A stretch of 64,000 nt of DNA from Vulcanimicrobiota bacterium (GTDB taxonomy: Bacteria; Vulcanimicrobiota; Vulcanimicrobiia; Vulcanimicrobiales; Vulcanimicrobiaceae): contig CAWGBN010000009.1 in assembly GCA_963820825.1 (NCBI GenBank), positions 64,001 through 128,000 of the forward strand, read 5' to 3'. Under the pieces are notes generated by a model. It made no database searches, was not told the DNA's origin, and saw nothing but the letters and a program-made list of their open reading frames with translations. A program made the position numbers and the translations under genes. This document shows, piece after piece, positions 43,723 through 54,900 of this stretch (position 1 is the first letter of the stretch; each line of letters opens with the position of its first letter).

Positions 43723-44235
43723 CTAACGCACCGCCGTCCACGCCTTCTGCGCCGCCGGCGGCAGCTGGTCCATGTGCTTCAAAAAGAGCGCGAGTTGCCA
43801 GATCTGTTCGTCGGTCAGCGTCTTGCCGAACGCGGGCATCCCGGTGAGGCGAATGCCGTGAGCGACCTTCCAGTACGTCACGCCTTCGGGATCGTCTTCG
43901 ACGCCGTCCTTCGCTAACTGCGGCGGTCTCTGATAGAGGCCGCGCGCGATCCGCGAGGGCTCTCCATTGGCTGCGCCATGACAGACCGCACAGTTTGCCG
44001 CATAGACGCGAATGCCCGAGATGAGATTGGCATCGCCGAGCGCTATGGGGTTCGGCTGCGTCGGCGCCTCGCGCGCAAGCGTCGCGTGCAGCGACGTCGC
44101 GGCTGCCCAGCGTTCCAGCCGCGACGGCTTAGCGTCGGCGTTTGCCGGCATCGCGCCGGCCTTGATCCCGATATAGAGCACGAGGGCGGCGGCGACGAGC
44201 GTCGCGACGACTCCGAGGACGAATCCACGCATCAT
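43723..44235 (-). CDS. Membrane-anchored monoheme cytochrome c
   Basis: CAVCH heme motif, GIRLTGMPAF distal Met. Confidence 0.9.
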   Translation of the reverse strand: MMRGFVLGVVATLVAAALVLYIGIKAGAMPANADAKPSRLERWAAATSLHATLAREAPTQPNPIALGDANLISGIRVYAANCAVCHGAANGEPSRIARGLYQRPPQLAKDGVEDDPEGVTYWKVAHGIRLTGMPAFGKTLTDEQIWQLALFLKHMDQLPPAAQKAWTAVR

Positions 44236-44253
44236 GGCCGCACCGCTTCGACG

Positions 44254-44270
44254 TTAACCGTCACTTAACC
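44254..44270. promoter_or_regulatory. TTAACC-N5-TTAACC direct repeat, probable OmpR-family binding site
   Basis: 11-bp periodic repeat between the divergent cytochrome c gene and the exporter/two-component operon. Confidence 0.5.
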
Positions 44271-44326
44271 GGCGAGGCCGCGACTCTCCACTGGTTGTCA
44301 GGCGCGGCGGCTATCCTGAGTGCGTC

Positions 44327-45841
44327 ATGTCAACGATCAGCATTCCCGCTTCGCGCGGACTCGGCGGCACCGCCGGAGCGATCTTCACCAAGCTTCCGCG
44401 CGGTCTCTGGATCGTCATCGCATTTTTGCTCGCGGGCGCCGTCTTAGCCTGGGTCTTGCTTCGCTCGCATGCGAGCGATGCGTCGATCACGGCTCCGGTT
44501 ACGCAGACCGATCTCGTCGCTTCCGTGACCGCTTCAGGAACGGTCAATCCGCAGAATCTCATCTCGGTCGGCACGCAAGCCTCGGGAACGATTGCTTCGA
44601 TCGACGTCGATTACAACAGCCGGGTGAAGCGCGGACAGGTCCTGGCGCGTCTCGATCCGAGCATGTTTCAGGCTCAGCTCGCGCAAGCCGAGGCGGCGCT
44701 CGCGCAGGCGCAGGCGCAAGTCTCGCAAGCAGCAGCCGGCGCAACCGGCGCGTCGTCCGGCGTCGACGTAGCCGGCGCGACGGCGGCAGCTGAGTTGGCC
44801 GCAATCGGCTCGGCGAAAGCCAACGTGTCCAAGACGCAAGCGGCGCTTGGGCTCGCGCAGAAGACCGCGTCGCGCGACGCCGCGCTGCTCGCGCAAGGAT
44901 ACGTCGCGCAGAGCACGGTCGACACCGATCGCGCCAACGTCGCGCAAGACGAGAGCGACGTCGCCTCAGCGCAGGCTGCCGTCGCGCAGGCGCAGGCGCA
45001 AGATATTGCCGGCAACGCCACGGTTAGTCAGAATGCATCGACCGCGCAGAGCCAGGCAGCCGCTACGCAAGCGGCGCAGGCCAACGTCGCCGCCGCGCAG
45101 GCCGTCGTGCGACAAGACGAGCTCAACCTGCAACATACCGTGATTACTTCGCCGGTCGACGGCACCGTCGTCGCGCGCGACGTTTCCGTCGGCCAAACCG
45201 TGGCGGCCTCGCTGCAGACGCCGACCCTCTTCTCGATCGCGCAGAACCTCGGCAAGATGGAAGTCGACATCAACGTCGGCGAGCCGGACATCGGTAACGT
45301 CAAGCCGGGCAACGGGGTCGCGTTCTCCGTACTCGCCTATCCCAACACGCTCTTCCACGGAACGGTCTCGCAGGTACGCATCAACCCGCAGACGCTCAAC
45401 AACGTCGTCACCTACGACGTGGTCGTCTACGCCGAGAACACCGGTGGAAGGCTCTTACCCGGTATGACCGCCAACGCGACGATCGACGTTGCCGCGGCGA
45501 AGAACGCGCTGACCGTACCGCTCGCCGCGCTGCACACCAAAACCGCCGCGACGACGCCGTGGGGCAGCGTGAGCGGATCGGCCGCAAGCGGTGCGATAGC
45601 GGCCGGATCGACGGCGCGGCTCGTCGTCGATCGCAATGGAAAGCCGGCTCCGATCGACGTCTACGTTCGACTCACCAACGGCACGCAGGCCGCGGTCGAA
45701 CCGGTTAACGGCGCCGCGCTCGCCGCCGGCGACCGCGTGGTGGTCGGCACCAATCAGACGCACCGCAACGGCGGCGCGCAAGGCGCGCGCTCGCCGATCG
45801 GCGGCAGCCCGATGGGCGCGATGCGAGGACTGCACTCATGA
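44327..45841 (+). CDS. MacA-like periplasmic adaptor (membrane fusion protein)
   Basis: ASGTV.P...VGTQASG, coiled coil, ITSPVDG.V, GQTVAASLQTPTLF, PGMTA. Confidence 0.9.
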   Translation: MSTISIPASRGLGGTAGAIFTKLPRGLWIVIAFLLAGAVLAWVLLRSHASDASITAPVTQTDLVASVTASGTVNPQNLISVGTQASGTIASIDVDYNSRVKRGQVLARLDPSMFQAQLAQAEAALAQAQAQVSQAAAGATGASSGVDVAGATAAAELAAIGSAKANVSKTQAALGLAQKTASRDAALLAQGYVAQSTVDTDRANVAQDESDVASAQAAVAQAQAQDIAGNATVSQNASTAQSQAAATQAAQANVAAAQAVVRQDELNLQHTVITSPVDGTVVARDVSVGQTVAASLQTPTLFSIAQNLGKMEVDINVGEPDIGNVKPGNGVAFSVLAYPNTLFHGTVSQVRINPQTLNNVVTYDVVVYAENTGGRLLPGMTANATIDVAAAKNALTVPLAALHTKTAATTPWGSVSGSAASGAIAAGSTARLVVDRNGKPAPIDVYVRLTNGTQAAVEPVNGAALAAGDRVVVGTNQTHRNGGAQGARSPIGGSPMGAMRGLHS

Positions 45842-46539
45842 CGCCGGTCGTTGCGGTTACCGGCCTGCGCAAGGAGTACGCGATGGGCAACGACCACGTC
45901 TACGCCCTGCGCGGCGTCGACCTGACCGTCGAGCCGGGCGAGTTCGTCGCGGTAATGGGACCGTCGGGTTCGGGGAAATCAACCTTCATGCACGTGGTCG
46001 GACTTCTCGACGCGCCGTCGGAGGGAACGTACCGCTTCGAGGGCGCCGAGGTCTCGCATCTGAGCTCGGACGAGCGCGCGGAAATCCGCGGGCGGCGGCT
46101 GGGATTCGTCTTCCAGGCGTACAACCTGCTCGCGCGCACCAGCGCGCTGGAGAACGTCGAGCTGCCGATGGTCTACGCCGGCGTCCCTGAAGAAGAGCGC
46201 CGCCGCATCGCGCTGGCGAAGCTCGAGCTGGTCGGCATCGCGCAACTCGCGCAGCATCATCCCAATCAAATGTCGGGCGGTCAGCAGCAGCGCGTGGCGA
46301 TCGCCCGCTCGCTGGTCAACGACCCGGGGCTCATTCTCGCCGACGAGCCGACCGGTGCGCTCGATACCAAGAGCTCGGAAGATATCATGCGCCTCTTTAC
46401 GCGTTTGAACGAGGAGCAGGGAATCACGATCATGCTCGTCACCCACGAACCCGACGTCGCAGCCTATGCGCGGCGCGTCGTAACGTTTCGCGACGGGCTC
46501 ATCACCGGCGACGCGCGCAACGAACGGCGGGCCGCATGA
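45838..46539 (+). CDS. MacB/LolD-type ABC transporter ATP-binding protein
   Basis: GPSGSGKST, MSGGQQQRVAIAR, ADEPTG, VTH. Confidence 0.93.
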   Translation: MTPVVAVTGLRKEYAMGNDHVYALRGVDLTVEPGEFVAVMGPSGSGKSTFMHVVGLLDAPSEGTYRFEGAEVSHLSSDERAEIRGRRLGFVFQAYNLLARTSALENVELPMVYAGVPEEERRRIALAKLELVGIAQLAQHHPNQMSGGQQQRVAIARSLVNDPGLILADEPTGALDTKSSEDIMRLFTRLNEEQGITIMLVTHEPDVAAYARRVVTFRDGLITGDARNERRAA

Positions 46540-47753
46540 CCCTCAGAGCAACGCTTCTCCTCGCACTGGCCGCCCTGATCCGCAACAAAGCGCGCTCGCT
46601 GCTGACGATGCTCGGCATCGTGATCGGCGTCGCGGCGGTGATCGTTACGGTTGCGATCGGCATCGGCGCACGTACGTCGGTCGCGCAGAGCATCAACAGC
46701 CTGGGCTCCAACCTCATCGTCGTGCAGCCCGGGAGCGTGACGCAGACCGGCGCGCGCTCGGGCTTCGGCGGTGCCTCGACCCTCACGCCTGCCGATGGAT
46801 TAGCGATCGCCAAACTCCCCGGCGTCGCGGCGGTCTCACCGACGGTCTCGGTGCGCACGCAAGTCGTCGCCGGCGAGAACAACTGGCAGACGATCGTCAA
46901 CGGCGTCGCGCCGACCTATACGTTCATCCGCTCGTGGCCGATGGAGAGCGGACGCTTCTTCAACGAAAACGAGGTCGCGTCGGCAGCCAAGGTCGCCGTA
47001 CTCGGGCAGACCGTTGTCAGCGAGCTCTTTCCGAACGGCGACTCACCGGTCGGGCAGACGGTCATCATCAAAGGCGCGCCGTTTACCGTCGTTGGAACGC
47101 TCGCGGCGCTCGGTCAGAGCGGTCTCGGTCAGGACCAGGACGATACGGTGCTGATTCCCTATACTTCGGCCATGGAACGGCTCACCGGATTGACGACCGT
47201 GAACACGCTAATGATCTCGGCGGCAAACGCGGACGAGATCGATGCGGTGACCCAGAGCGCGACGGAGTTGCTCGAGCAGCGCCATCGGATCGTTCCGCCG
47301 CGGACCGACGACTTTCAAGTGCGAAACTTGCAGGCGATCGCGCAGACCGCTTCGCAGACCGGAACCGTCATGGAGCTGTTGCTCGCCGGCGTGGCGGCGG
47401 TCTCGCTGATCGTCGGCGGAATCGGAATCATGAATATCATGCTCGTCTCGGTCACCGAGCGCACGCGCGAAATCGGGCTGCGCATGTCGGTCGGGGCGCG
47501 AGCGGCCTCGATTCTGCGCCAGTTTCTCGCCGAATCGGTCGTACTCTCGACGATCGGCGGACTCATCGGCGTCGTTTGCGGCGGTATCGGAACGATCGCC
47601 GTCGCACTGCTGACGCACTGGCCGACCGCGATCCCGCCGCAATGGATCCTTGCCTCGGTCGCCTTCTCGGCGATGGTCGGGATCTTCTTCGGCTACTATC
47701 CCGCGCGTCAAGCCGCGCAGCTCAATCCGATCGAGGCGCTGCGGTTCGAGTGA
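46536..47753 (+). CDS. MacB/FtsX-type ABC transporter permease
   Basis: RSLLTMLGIVIGV, GGIGIMNIMLVSVTERTREIG, PARQAA.LNPIEALR. Confidence 0.93.
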   Translation: MTLRATLLLALAALIRNKARSLLTMLGIVIGVAAVIVTVAIGIGARTSVAQSINSLGSNLIVVQPGSVTQTGARSGFGGASTLTPADGLAIAKLPGVAAVSPTVSVRTQVVAGENNWQTIVNGVAPTYTFIRSWPMESGRFFNENEVASAAKVAVLGQTVVSELFPNGDSPVGQTVIIKGAPFTVVGTLAALGQSGLGQDQDDTVLIPYTSAMERLTGLTTVNTLMISAANADEIDAVTQSATELLEQRHRIVPPRTDDFQVRNLQAIAQTASQTGTVMELLLAGVAAVSLIVGGIGIMNIMLVSVTERTREIGLRMSVGARAASILRQFLAESVVLSTIGGLIGVVCGGIGTIAVALLTHWPTAIPPQWILASVAFSAMVGIFFGYYPARQAAQLNPIEALRFE

Positions 47754-48418
47754 ACGCTCGCATCGCCGTCATCGATGACGAACCGCACATTCGCGATCTG
47801 CTCTCGCTCGCGCTCGGACACGCCGGCTACGCGGTACGCGGCGCCGCCGACGGGAGCGCGGGATTGACGCTCGTGCGGGAATGGTCTCCCGATCTCATCG
47901 TTCTCGACGTGATGATGCCCCGGGTCAGCGGGATCGAGCTCTTGCCGGCGATCCGGCGGATCACCGATGCGCCGGTCGTGATGCTGAGCGCGCGCGGCGA
48001 AGTCGAGAGCAAGGTCGAGGGACTCGCGCACGGCGCCGACGATTACCTCAGCAAACCGTTCGAAATCGCCGAGCTGCTCGCCCGGATCGACGCCAAACTG
48101 CGCCGGCCGCACATCGAGGGGCGGTCGACGCTCGAGTACGAGGGCCTCACCATCGATCTCGACGAGCACGTGGTCGAACGCGACGGCCGGCGTCTCGATC
48201 TCTCGCCGCTCGAATACGACCTCCTCGTGACGCTCTTACGCCGCCCCCGCCGCGTCTTTACGCGCGAGGAGTTGCTCGACGAAGTCTGGGGCGACGCGGA
48301 CGTCGGTACCGGCGCCGTCGAGCGCTACGTCTCGTATCTGCGCGGAAAGGTGGACGAGGGTTTCGCGCGCCCGCTGATTCAAACGATTCGCGGCGCGGGA
48401 TATACGCTGCGTGCCTGA
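47750..48418 (+). CDS. OmpR family response regulator
   Basis: IDDE, LDVMMP, GADDYLSKPF, winged helix TIRGAGY; GTGA overlap. Confidence 0.93.
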   Translation: MNARIAVIDDEPHIRDLLSLALGHAGYAVRGAADGSAGLTLVREWSPDLIVLDVMMPRVSGIELLPAIRRITDAPVVMLSARGEVESKVEGLAHGADDYLSKPFEIAELLARIDAKLRRPHIEGRSTLEYEGLTIDLDEHVVERDGRRLDLSPLEYDLLVTLLRRPRRVFTREELLDEVWGDADVGTGAVERYVSYLRGKVDEGFARPLIQTIRGAGYTLRA

Positions 48419-49757
48419 AGCCTTCGCCCCGTTCGCGAGCCGGCTCACGCGCGGGTACGTGCTGCTCGCCGTCGCGCTCGTCGCACTCGTCGTCATCGCC
48501 ACGAGCGTCCTCGCCTTTCTGCTCTACGTCGGTACGCTTAACGATGCGGTGGCAAACGAAGCGCATCGCATCACCGAACGCGCGGCCGCATACCAAGCGC
48601 TTCATCAGCCGCTGAGCGAGTACGCTCCGGCGCTTGCCGGCGAAGCCGGCGGCGCGCGCGTCGGCGTCCGCATCTACGACGACGACCGCCGGCTGCTCGC
48701 GCAGAGCGGCAGCCAAAATAGCGGTGCCGCCCGATGGACGCGCGGCGCGGCGGCGATTCTCGGCCTTCGTCCCGCGCTCGTGCGCGTCGCCGGCGGTACG
48801 ATCGTCGTCGCCCCCGATCTCGCCGGTTTCGCGCGCTTGCTCGAGCGCTATCTGATCTTCGTGACGCCGATCGGCGTGCTCGCCGTCCTGGCGGCGTGGC
48901 TGGTCGGGCGTGCGGTGACGCGCCGCGCCATCGCGCCGCTGCAAGAGGTTACGTCGGCACTGCATCGCATCGCATCGGGCGATTTTACGCCGGCACCGTT
49001 GCCGCCGGGCGAGCGCAGTCTGCGCGAACTCACTGCTGCGTATAACGAAGTCGCGCGCCGGCTCACCGCGGTGACGCTCGAACGCGATCGCAACGAGCTG
49101 CAGATGCGCCAGTTCATCGCCGATGCGGGGCACGAGCTGCGAACGCCGCTGACCATCGTCATGGGCTATCTGGAGATCCTGCAGCAAGGCGTCGTCGGCG
49201 ACGCGGCCGGCGTCGGACACGTCTACGAAACCATGCTCACCGAGAGCCGGCGCATGCGCGCGGCGATCGAGAAGCTCATCCTGCTGGCGCGTCTCGAGCG
49301 TCCTGCGCCCTCGCGCACCGAGCGCTTCGACGCTGCAGCGCTGGTTATGCGGGCGGCCGACGCTCTGGTGCCGCTCGCCGGCGCGGGGCGAATAACCGTG
49401 ACCGCGAACGGCGCACCGTGCAGCATCGACGCCGACGAAGCCGAGCTCTTCGAAGCGGTCAAGAACGTGCTCGAAAATGCGGTGCGTTACGCTCCCGGCT
49501 CGCCGATCGTCGTCGACGTTTCGTGCGACGGCGAGCGCGCGACGATCGCGGTGAGCGATCGTGGCCCCGGAATGGAGGCGCAAGACGTCGAGCACGCCTT
49601 CGATCGCTTCTATCGCGGCGGCGCGCGCAGCGGTGAGGGTTCGGGGCTCGGTCTCGCGATCGCCAAACGTGCGGTCGAGCGCGCCGGCGGCGCGATCGCG
49701 CTCGAGAGCCGCCCGGAAGTCGGAACCTGGGTAACCATTACGCTCCCCCGCGGGTAG
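48411..49757 (+). CDS. HAMP-domain sensor histidine kinase
   Basis: Two TMs, HAMP, DAGHELRTPL, NAVRY, DRGPG, GSGLGLAI. Confidence 0.93.
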   Translation: MPEAFAPFASRLTRGYVLLAVALVALVVIATSVLAFLLYVGTLNDAVANEAHRITERAAAYQALHQPLSEYAPALAGEAGGARVGVRIYDDDRRLLAQSGSQNSGAARWTRGAAAILGLRPALVRVAGGTIVVAPDLAGFARLLERYLIFVTPIGVLAVLAAWLVGRAVTRRAIAPLQEVTSALHRIASGDFTPAPLPPGERSLRELTAAYNEVARRLTAVTLERDRNELQMRQFIADAGHELRTPLTIVMGYLEILQQGVVGDAAGVGHVYETMLTESRRMRAAIEKLILLARLERPAPSRTERFDAAALVMRAADALVPLAGAGRITVTANGAPCSIDADEAELFEAVKNVLENAVRYAPGSPIVVDVSCDGERATIAVSDRGPGMEAQDVEHAFDRFYRGGARSGEGSGLGLAIAKRAVERAGGAIALESRPEVGTWVTITLPRG

Positions 49758-49765
49758 AGCCGAGT

Positions 49766-50233
49766 ATGAGCGTCAAAGTCTATGGGATCAACCACATTGC
49801 GATCGACGTCGACGACGTCGCGAAAGCCGTCGCCTTCTATCAAGACGTCTTCAATTTGGAGAAGCTCGACGAGGGCGAGGGCGACGCGTTCTTCAGGGTC
49901 GGCGAGCATCAGTTTCTCGCGATGTTCGAATCGCCGCGCGGCCCGGCGAACCGCACGCGCCACTTCGGCCTGATCGTGCGCGACGACGCGCAGCTCGCCG
50001 AAGTTCGAGAGAAGCTCACCGGAAAGTACGGAATAAAGTTGATTCCGCCGTTTCGCTGCGACTTCATCGATCCGTTCGGAAATCGCGTGCAGGTGGTCGA
50101 CCTGCACGACGAATCGTTGGTCTGGCTACTCCCCTACCGAGAGGTTCAGGACGTGTTCGGGCCGGAAGCCAAGGCCGACCAGCCGTCCGGGAATGCGCGG
50201 GAGAAAGGGGAGCCAGCGCAGCAACGCCGGTAA
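49766..50233 (+). CDS. VOC (glyoxalase-like) family protein
   Basis: INHIAIDVDD...AFYQDVF, HFGL, DPFGNRVQ. Confidence 0.85.
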   Translation: MSVKVYGINHIAIDVDDVAKAVAFYQDVFNLEKLDEGEGDAFFRVGEHQFLAMFESPRGPANRTRHFGLIVRDDAQLAEVREKLTGKYGIKLIPPFRCDFIDPFGNRVQVVDLHDESLVWLLPYREVQDVFGPEAKADQPSGNAREKGEPAQQRR

Positions 50234-51346
50234 GCGATGTAAGAGCGGCGCCCGTCCTGCTGTGAGTACGCGCCCGATGATTCGCCGCTGAATGAAGAGC
50301 TGCAGCCCTTGCGTTAGACGCGCCGCCGGCTCGCGCCGGCGCTGAACCGCGGCGAGGTCGCTCGCGGCGACGCCGCCGCGCAAGAGTTTCGGCGCGAGCA
50401 TATTTGCGCTCGCGACCGCATCCTGAATCGCGAGGTTGATGCCGACGCCGCCGATCGGTGACATGGCATGCGCCGCGTCGCCGATGCAGAGCAATCCCGA
50501 ACGATACCATTGCCGCAGACGATTCACGCGCACCGTCAACAGCTTGACGTCGTCCCAGCTTTGCAGCTCGCCGGCGCGATCGGCGAGAAACGGCACGATC
50601 GCCGCGACCTGCTCGCGAAAATCCGGCAATCCGCGCGCTTGAACCTCTGCGAAGGTGCCCTTGAGAATTACGTACGCGCACTGCCAGTAGAGACCGCGAT
50701 CGATCAGCGCCATAATGCGTCCGTCGCGAATGTATCCGAACGTTTCGTGCGGGTCGTCGGGGCGTTTCGTGATCCGAAGCCAGAGCACGTCCATAGGTGC
50801 ACCGAGCTCGATGACGTCGAGGCCGGCCCGCCGGCGCACAACCGACTCGCGCCCGTCGGCGGCGATCGTAAGATCGGCGCGAACGTCGAGCGGCCCCTGC
50901 GGCGTCTGCGCGCGAACGCCGGCGATACGCCCGTTCTCCCAGAGCAGATCTTCCGCGCGCGCCTGCATGCGAAGATCGAACGCCGGCGAGCGCTTCGCCT
51001 CCTCGGCCAAGAAGTTGAGGAAATCCCATTGCGGCATAAAAGCGACGAACTTGCAGCGGGTCGGCAGATGGGTAAAGTCGGCGACGGTGATCAGGGTATC
51101 GCCGAGGTTACCGGCAAGCGTCGTAACCTCTTGGTGCGGACGCTGAAGAAACGACTCGAGCACACCGAGCTCGTCCATGACGTCGAGCGTCGACGGATGG
51201 ATCGTATCGCCGCGAAAATCGCGTAAGAAGTCGGCGTGCTTTTCGAGGAGAACCGTCGCAACGCCGGCGCGCGCGAAGAGCAGCGCCGCCATCATTCCCG
51301 CCGGGCCGCCGCCGACGATGCAGCAACCCGCGCGTATCTCGCTCAT
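50126..51346 (-). CDS. FAD-dependent oxidoreductase (UbiH-like monooxygenase family)
   Basis: GGGPAG, DFRGDT, ADGR, GDAAHAMSPIGGVGINLAIQD. Confidence 0.9.
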   Translation of the reverse strand: MSEIRAGCCIVGGGPAGMMAALLFARAGVATVLLEKHADFLRDFRGDTIHPSTLDVMDELGVLESFLQRPHQEVTTLAGNLGDTLITVADFTHLPTRCKFVAFMPQWDFLNFLAEEAKRSPAFDLRMQARAEDLLWENGRIAGVRAQTPQGPLDVRADLTIAADGRESVVRRRAGLDVIELGAPMDVLWLRITKRPDDPHETFGYIRDGRIMALIDRGLYWQCAYVILKGTFAEVQARGLPDFREQVAAIVPFLADRAGELQSWDDVKLLTVRVNRLRQWYRSGLLCIGDAAHAMSPIGGVGINLAIQDAVASANMLAPKLLRGGVAASDLAAVQRRREPAARLTQGLQLFIQRRIIGRVLTAGRAPLLHRLPALLRWLPFLPRIPGRLVGLGFRPEHVLNLSVGE

Positions 51347-51852
51347 CGGAGGCTGCGCGTGTAAAAGTGATAGCGCGCGAACTCGGCTTCGCGCTTATTG
51401 ACCAGCGCCTCGCATGCCGCGCCGATCTCGTCGAGGAAGTTTACGAGCGAGCGTTCCGCGATGCCGGGCGTGAACGTCGCACCGACGAGTTTGCCGAAGA
51501 GCTGCATCGGCAACTCGTACGTGCCTTCGAGATAGAGCTTCGACTCGCCGAGGGTGCCGGGATCGGCGACGCCGACGCGCCCTTTGAAGCCGGGGAAGGC
51601 AGCCGGCAAGTTCGTCGAGGTGAAGGCGATGTCAAAGAGCCGGGCGTCGTTGGGATCTCTTTCGGCGGTGAGACTGATCGGCACCGCAACGTAACCGACG
51701 TCGGGAAGATGCAGATCGCCGAAGCTCACGTGCAATGCGAAGCCGCTCCACGGTCCCTCCTGGGCCGCGATCGCTTTCAAGACGTCGCCGAGCGCCTGAG
51801 CCGCGGAATCGGCGGGGACACCCAACTTGCGCTCGAGCCGTATCTTCGGCAC
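51343..51852 (-). CDS. Hypothetical protein (possible SRPBCC-like fold)
   Basis: AGGAGG SD before GTG 51852; FP.F.G...L.G.Y..P...G pattern; coupled to the FAD oxidoreductase. Confidence 0.6.
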   Translation of the reverse strand: MPKIRLERKLGVPADSAAQALGDVLKAIAAQEGPWSGFALHVSFGDLHLPDVGYVAVPISLTAERDPNDARLFDIAFTSTNLPAAFPGFKGRVGVADPGTLGESKLYLEGTYELPMQLFGKLVGATFTPGIAERSLVNFLDEIGAACEALVNKREAEFARYHFYTRSLR

Positions 51853-51925
51853 GTCAAACCTCCTGTACGCTTCATTTGGGGCCGGGAAGCCGGATGTCCC
51901 GCCGGAAACCACCGCCCATACGCAA

Positions 51926-54900
51926 ATGAAGAATCGGATGCAATGCGCCACAGCGCTCACGACGATCGCGGGGCTTTCTGCCGCGTTGGTTTGCACCTGG
52001 TCGTACGCACGGGCCGGCGACGAGCTCGGCGCCCTGCGCTATCGCTCGATCGGACCGGCGATCAGCGGCGGGCGCATCACCGCGGTCGCCGGCAGCGACC
52101 AGGACCCCTACTTGTACTACGCAGGCGCCGCGGATGGCGGGATCTTCAAGAGCGTCGACGGCGGCGTCTCATGGCAAGCCGTGTTCGATCGAGCTCCCGT
52201 TGCGGCGATCGGCGCGGTCGCAATCGATCCCGCAAACGCGCAAAACATTTGGGTTGGAACCGGCGAGTCGAATCCGCGGAACACCGTAGAAGGTGGCGAC
52301 GGCATCTGGCACTCCACCGACGGCGGGCGAACGTGGACGCATGCCGGGCTCGACGATACTTTTGCGATATCGAGCATCTCAATCGACCCGAGAAATTCAA
52401 ACGTGCTGCTCGCCGGCGCCCTCGGCACGCCGTTTGCGCCGTCGCCGGATCGCGGCATCTATCGAACCCGCGACGGCGGCAGGCATTGGCGCAAGACGCT
52501 CTATGTCGATGCGAGCGACGGCGTCTCGGATCTCGCGCGCGACCCGGCGAATCCCGCGCATCTGCTCGCCGGCGTCTGGGAGTTTCACCGAACGCCGTGG
52601 AGCGCATCGGCGGGCGGCACCCGCGGCGGAATCTTCGAATCGCGCGACGGCGGACTGACGTGGGAGCGATTGCAGGGTCGCGGATTGCCGTCGGGGCTCA
52701 CCGGACGCATCGGCCTGACCTTCTCCCAAACGAATCCCAAACGTATCTATGCCGCGATCCAATCGAGTGAGGCGGCGATTTGGCGATCCGACGACGGCGC
52801 AAAAACGTGGCACTCGATCGCGAAGAGCGAGTGGGTCGGCTATCGCGGCTACTACTTCAGCAAGATCTTCGTCGACCCGGCCGATCAGAATCGCCTGCTA
52901 AATCTCGAGACGCTCATGGCGCGCTCCGAGAACGGCGGACGCTCGTTCGAGCTCGTCGATCTCGATCAATACGATCAACACGCCCTCTGGTGGTCGCGCG
53001 ACGGCCGGCGCATCGTCGACGGCGCCGATACCGGCGTCGCGCTCTCGGTCAACGGGGGCAAGAGCTGGTTTACGCCGCGCAACTTGCCGGTGTCGCAGGT
53101 CTATCACATCGGCCTGAGTGCGCAGTTTCCGTACATCGTCTGCGTTGGGCTGCAGGACGTCAACTCGTGGTGCGGACCGGGCGTTGCCGCCAATGCGGTC
53201 GGCATCCTCAATCGCGATTGGACGCTCATCGCACCGGGTGACGGAAACTATTCGGTATTCGATCCCGTCGATCCGCAGTACGTTTGGTCGTCGGAGACGG
53301 AACGCTCGGCAGGGCAGATCTATCTGACGGATCTGCGCACGTATCAAAGCGTCGAAGTCTCCCCGTCGCAACGTTTCAGCGAGGGAATGGCCGCGGCCGA
53401 TCTTCCCTACCGCTTCGACTGGATGACGCCGATTGCGTTCACCTATACGAATCCAGTGCGAACGCTCGTCGGCGGCAACGCCGTCTTTGCGACAACGGAC
53501 CGTGGCCGAAGTTGGACGGTGACGAGCCCGGATCTGACGCGCAACGAGAAGTCTCACCAACTCCTATCCGGCGGTCCGATATCGCACGATAATACCGGCG
53601 CGGAATTTAGCGATGCCATCACCAGCATCGCCACTACACCGCTCGATCCTGCGCTGCTTTGGGTCGCCACCGACGATGGCTTGGTTCAAATCTCGCACGA
53701 CTTGGGCGGCCATTGGAGCAACGTCACCCCACGGGGTTTACCTCCCTGGGGACGGATCGACGTTTTGGAGGCCGGACACGCAACGGCGGGCACGGCGTAT
53801 ATCGCGGTCGACCGTCACATGAACGGCGACACCCAACCCTATCTTTTGAAGACGCTCGATTACGGCCGCGATTGGTCGTCGATCGCCGGCGATCTGCCAC
53901 GCAATCTTTACCTGCGTTGCGTTAGAGAGGATCCCACGACGCCGCTGCTCCTCTTTGCCTGCACGCAGCGCGGGGTCTGGGCGAGCTTCGACGGCGGTGC
54001 GCATTGGCGCTCGTTGCGCCTGAACATGCCGGCATCGGCGACCTACGACATCGCAATCTACGAGGGAACCCACGATTTGGTCGTTGGAACGCAAGGGCGC
54101 GGCATGTACGTTCTCGACGACATCAGCGCAATCGAACGCATGGCCGCATCACCGAACCGCGATCTTCAACTCTATCCCCCGCGCATTGCGTATCGCTATT
54201 TCTTGCCCTCGCCCTACACCACCACCGATGCCGGCGACTTCATCGGTCAGAACGCGCCGTACGGCGCGGTAATCAACGTCTATTCGCCGCGCGCGATGCG
54301 CGGCGCGACGCTCGAGATGTACGACTCAAACGAGAATCGGGTGCGCACGATGCACGTCGAGCATTGGAATTACGGCTTCAACCGCATCGTTTGGGATCTG
54401 CGTACGGACGGCCCGGTGCGATGGAAATACACCGCCGAGAACAATGCCGGGCCAACCGAAGGACCGCAAGTTGTTCCAGGCTCCTACACCGTCAAGCTCA
54501 CCGCAGACGGCGCGGTACGGCGGCAGCCGATCGTCATTCGCACCGTCTCCGGCGACGCCCAATCGCAGACGGAATACGAGGCGCGCTATCGTTTTCTGCA
54601 GGGATTATATGCCGATCTTTCGCTCGTAAACGAACGTCTCAACACAATCGACGCCTGCCTGCGTTCCAACTGCGCCGATCGGCAGCAGGAGAGCGCGCTG
54701 CGATCGACCTTAACCGCCGGTTATCGCAGCCAGCTCCAAATGGTGATGATGCAGCCGCGTCTGCGCGAGCGAATCCTCGCGCTCATCGAGCGGCTGGGCA
54801 CCTCCGAAGCCCCGCCGACGCAAGCACAGGTGGACGAAGCGGCCCTTTTGCATCAGTCGCTTCAACGCGCGCTGCCCGCCGCGGCACAGCTTCAGATCAT

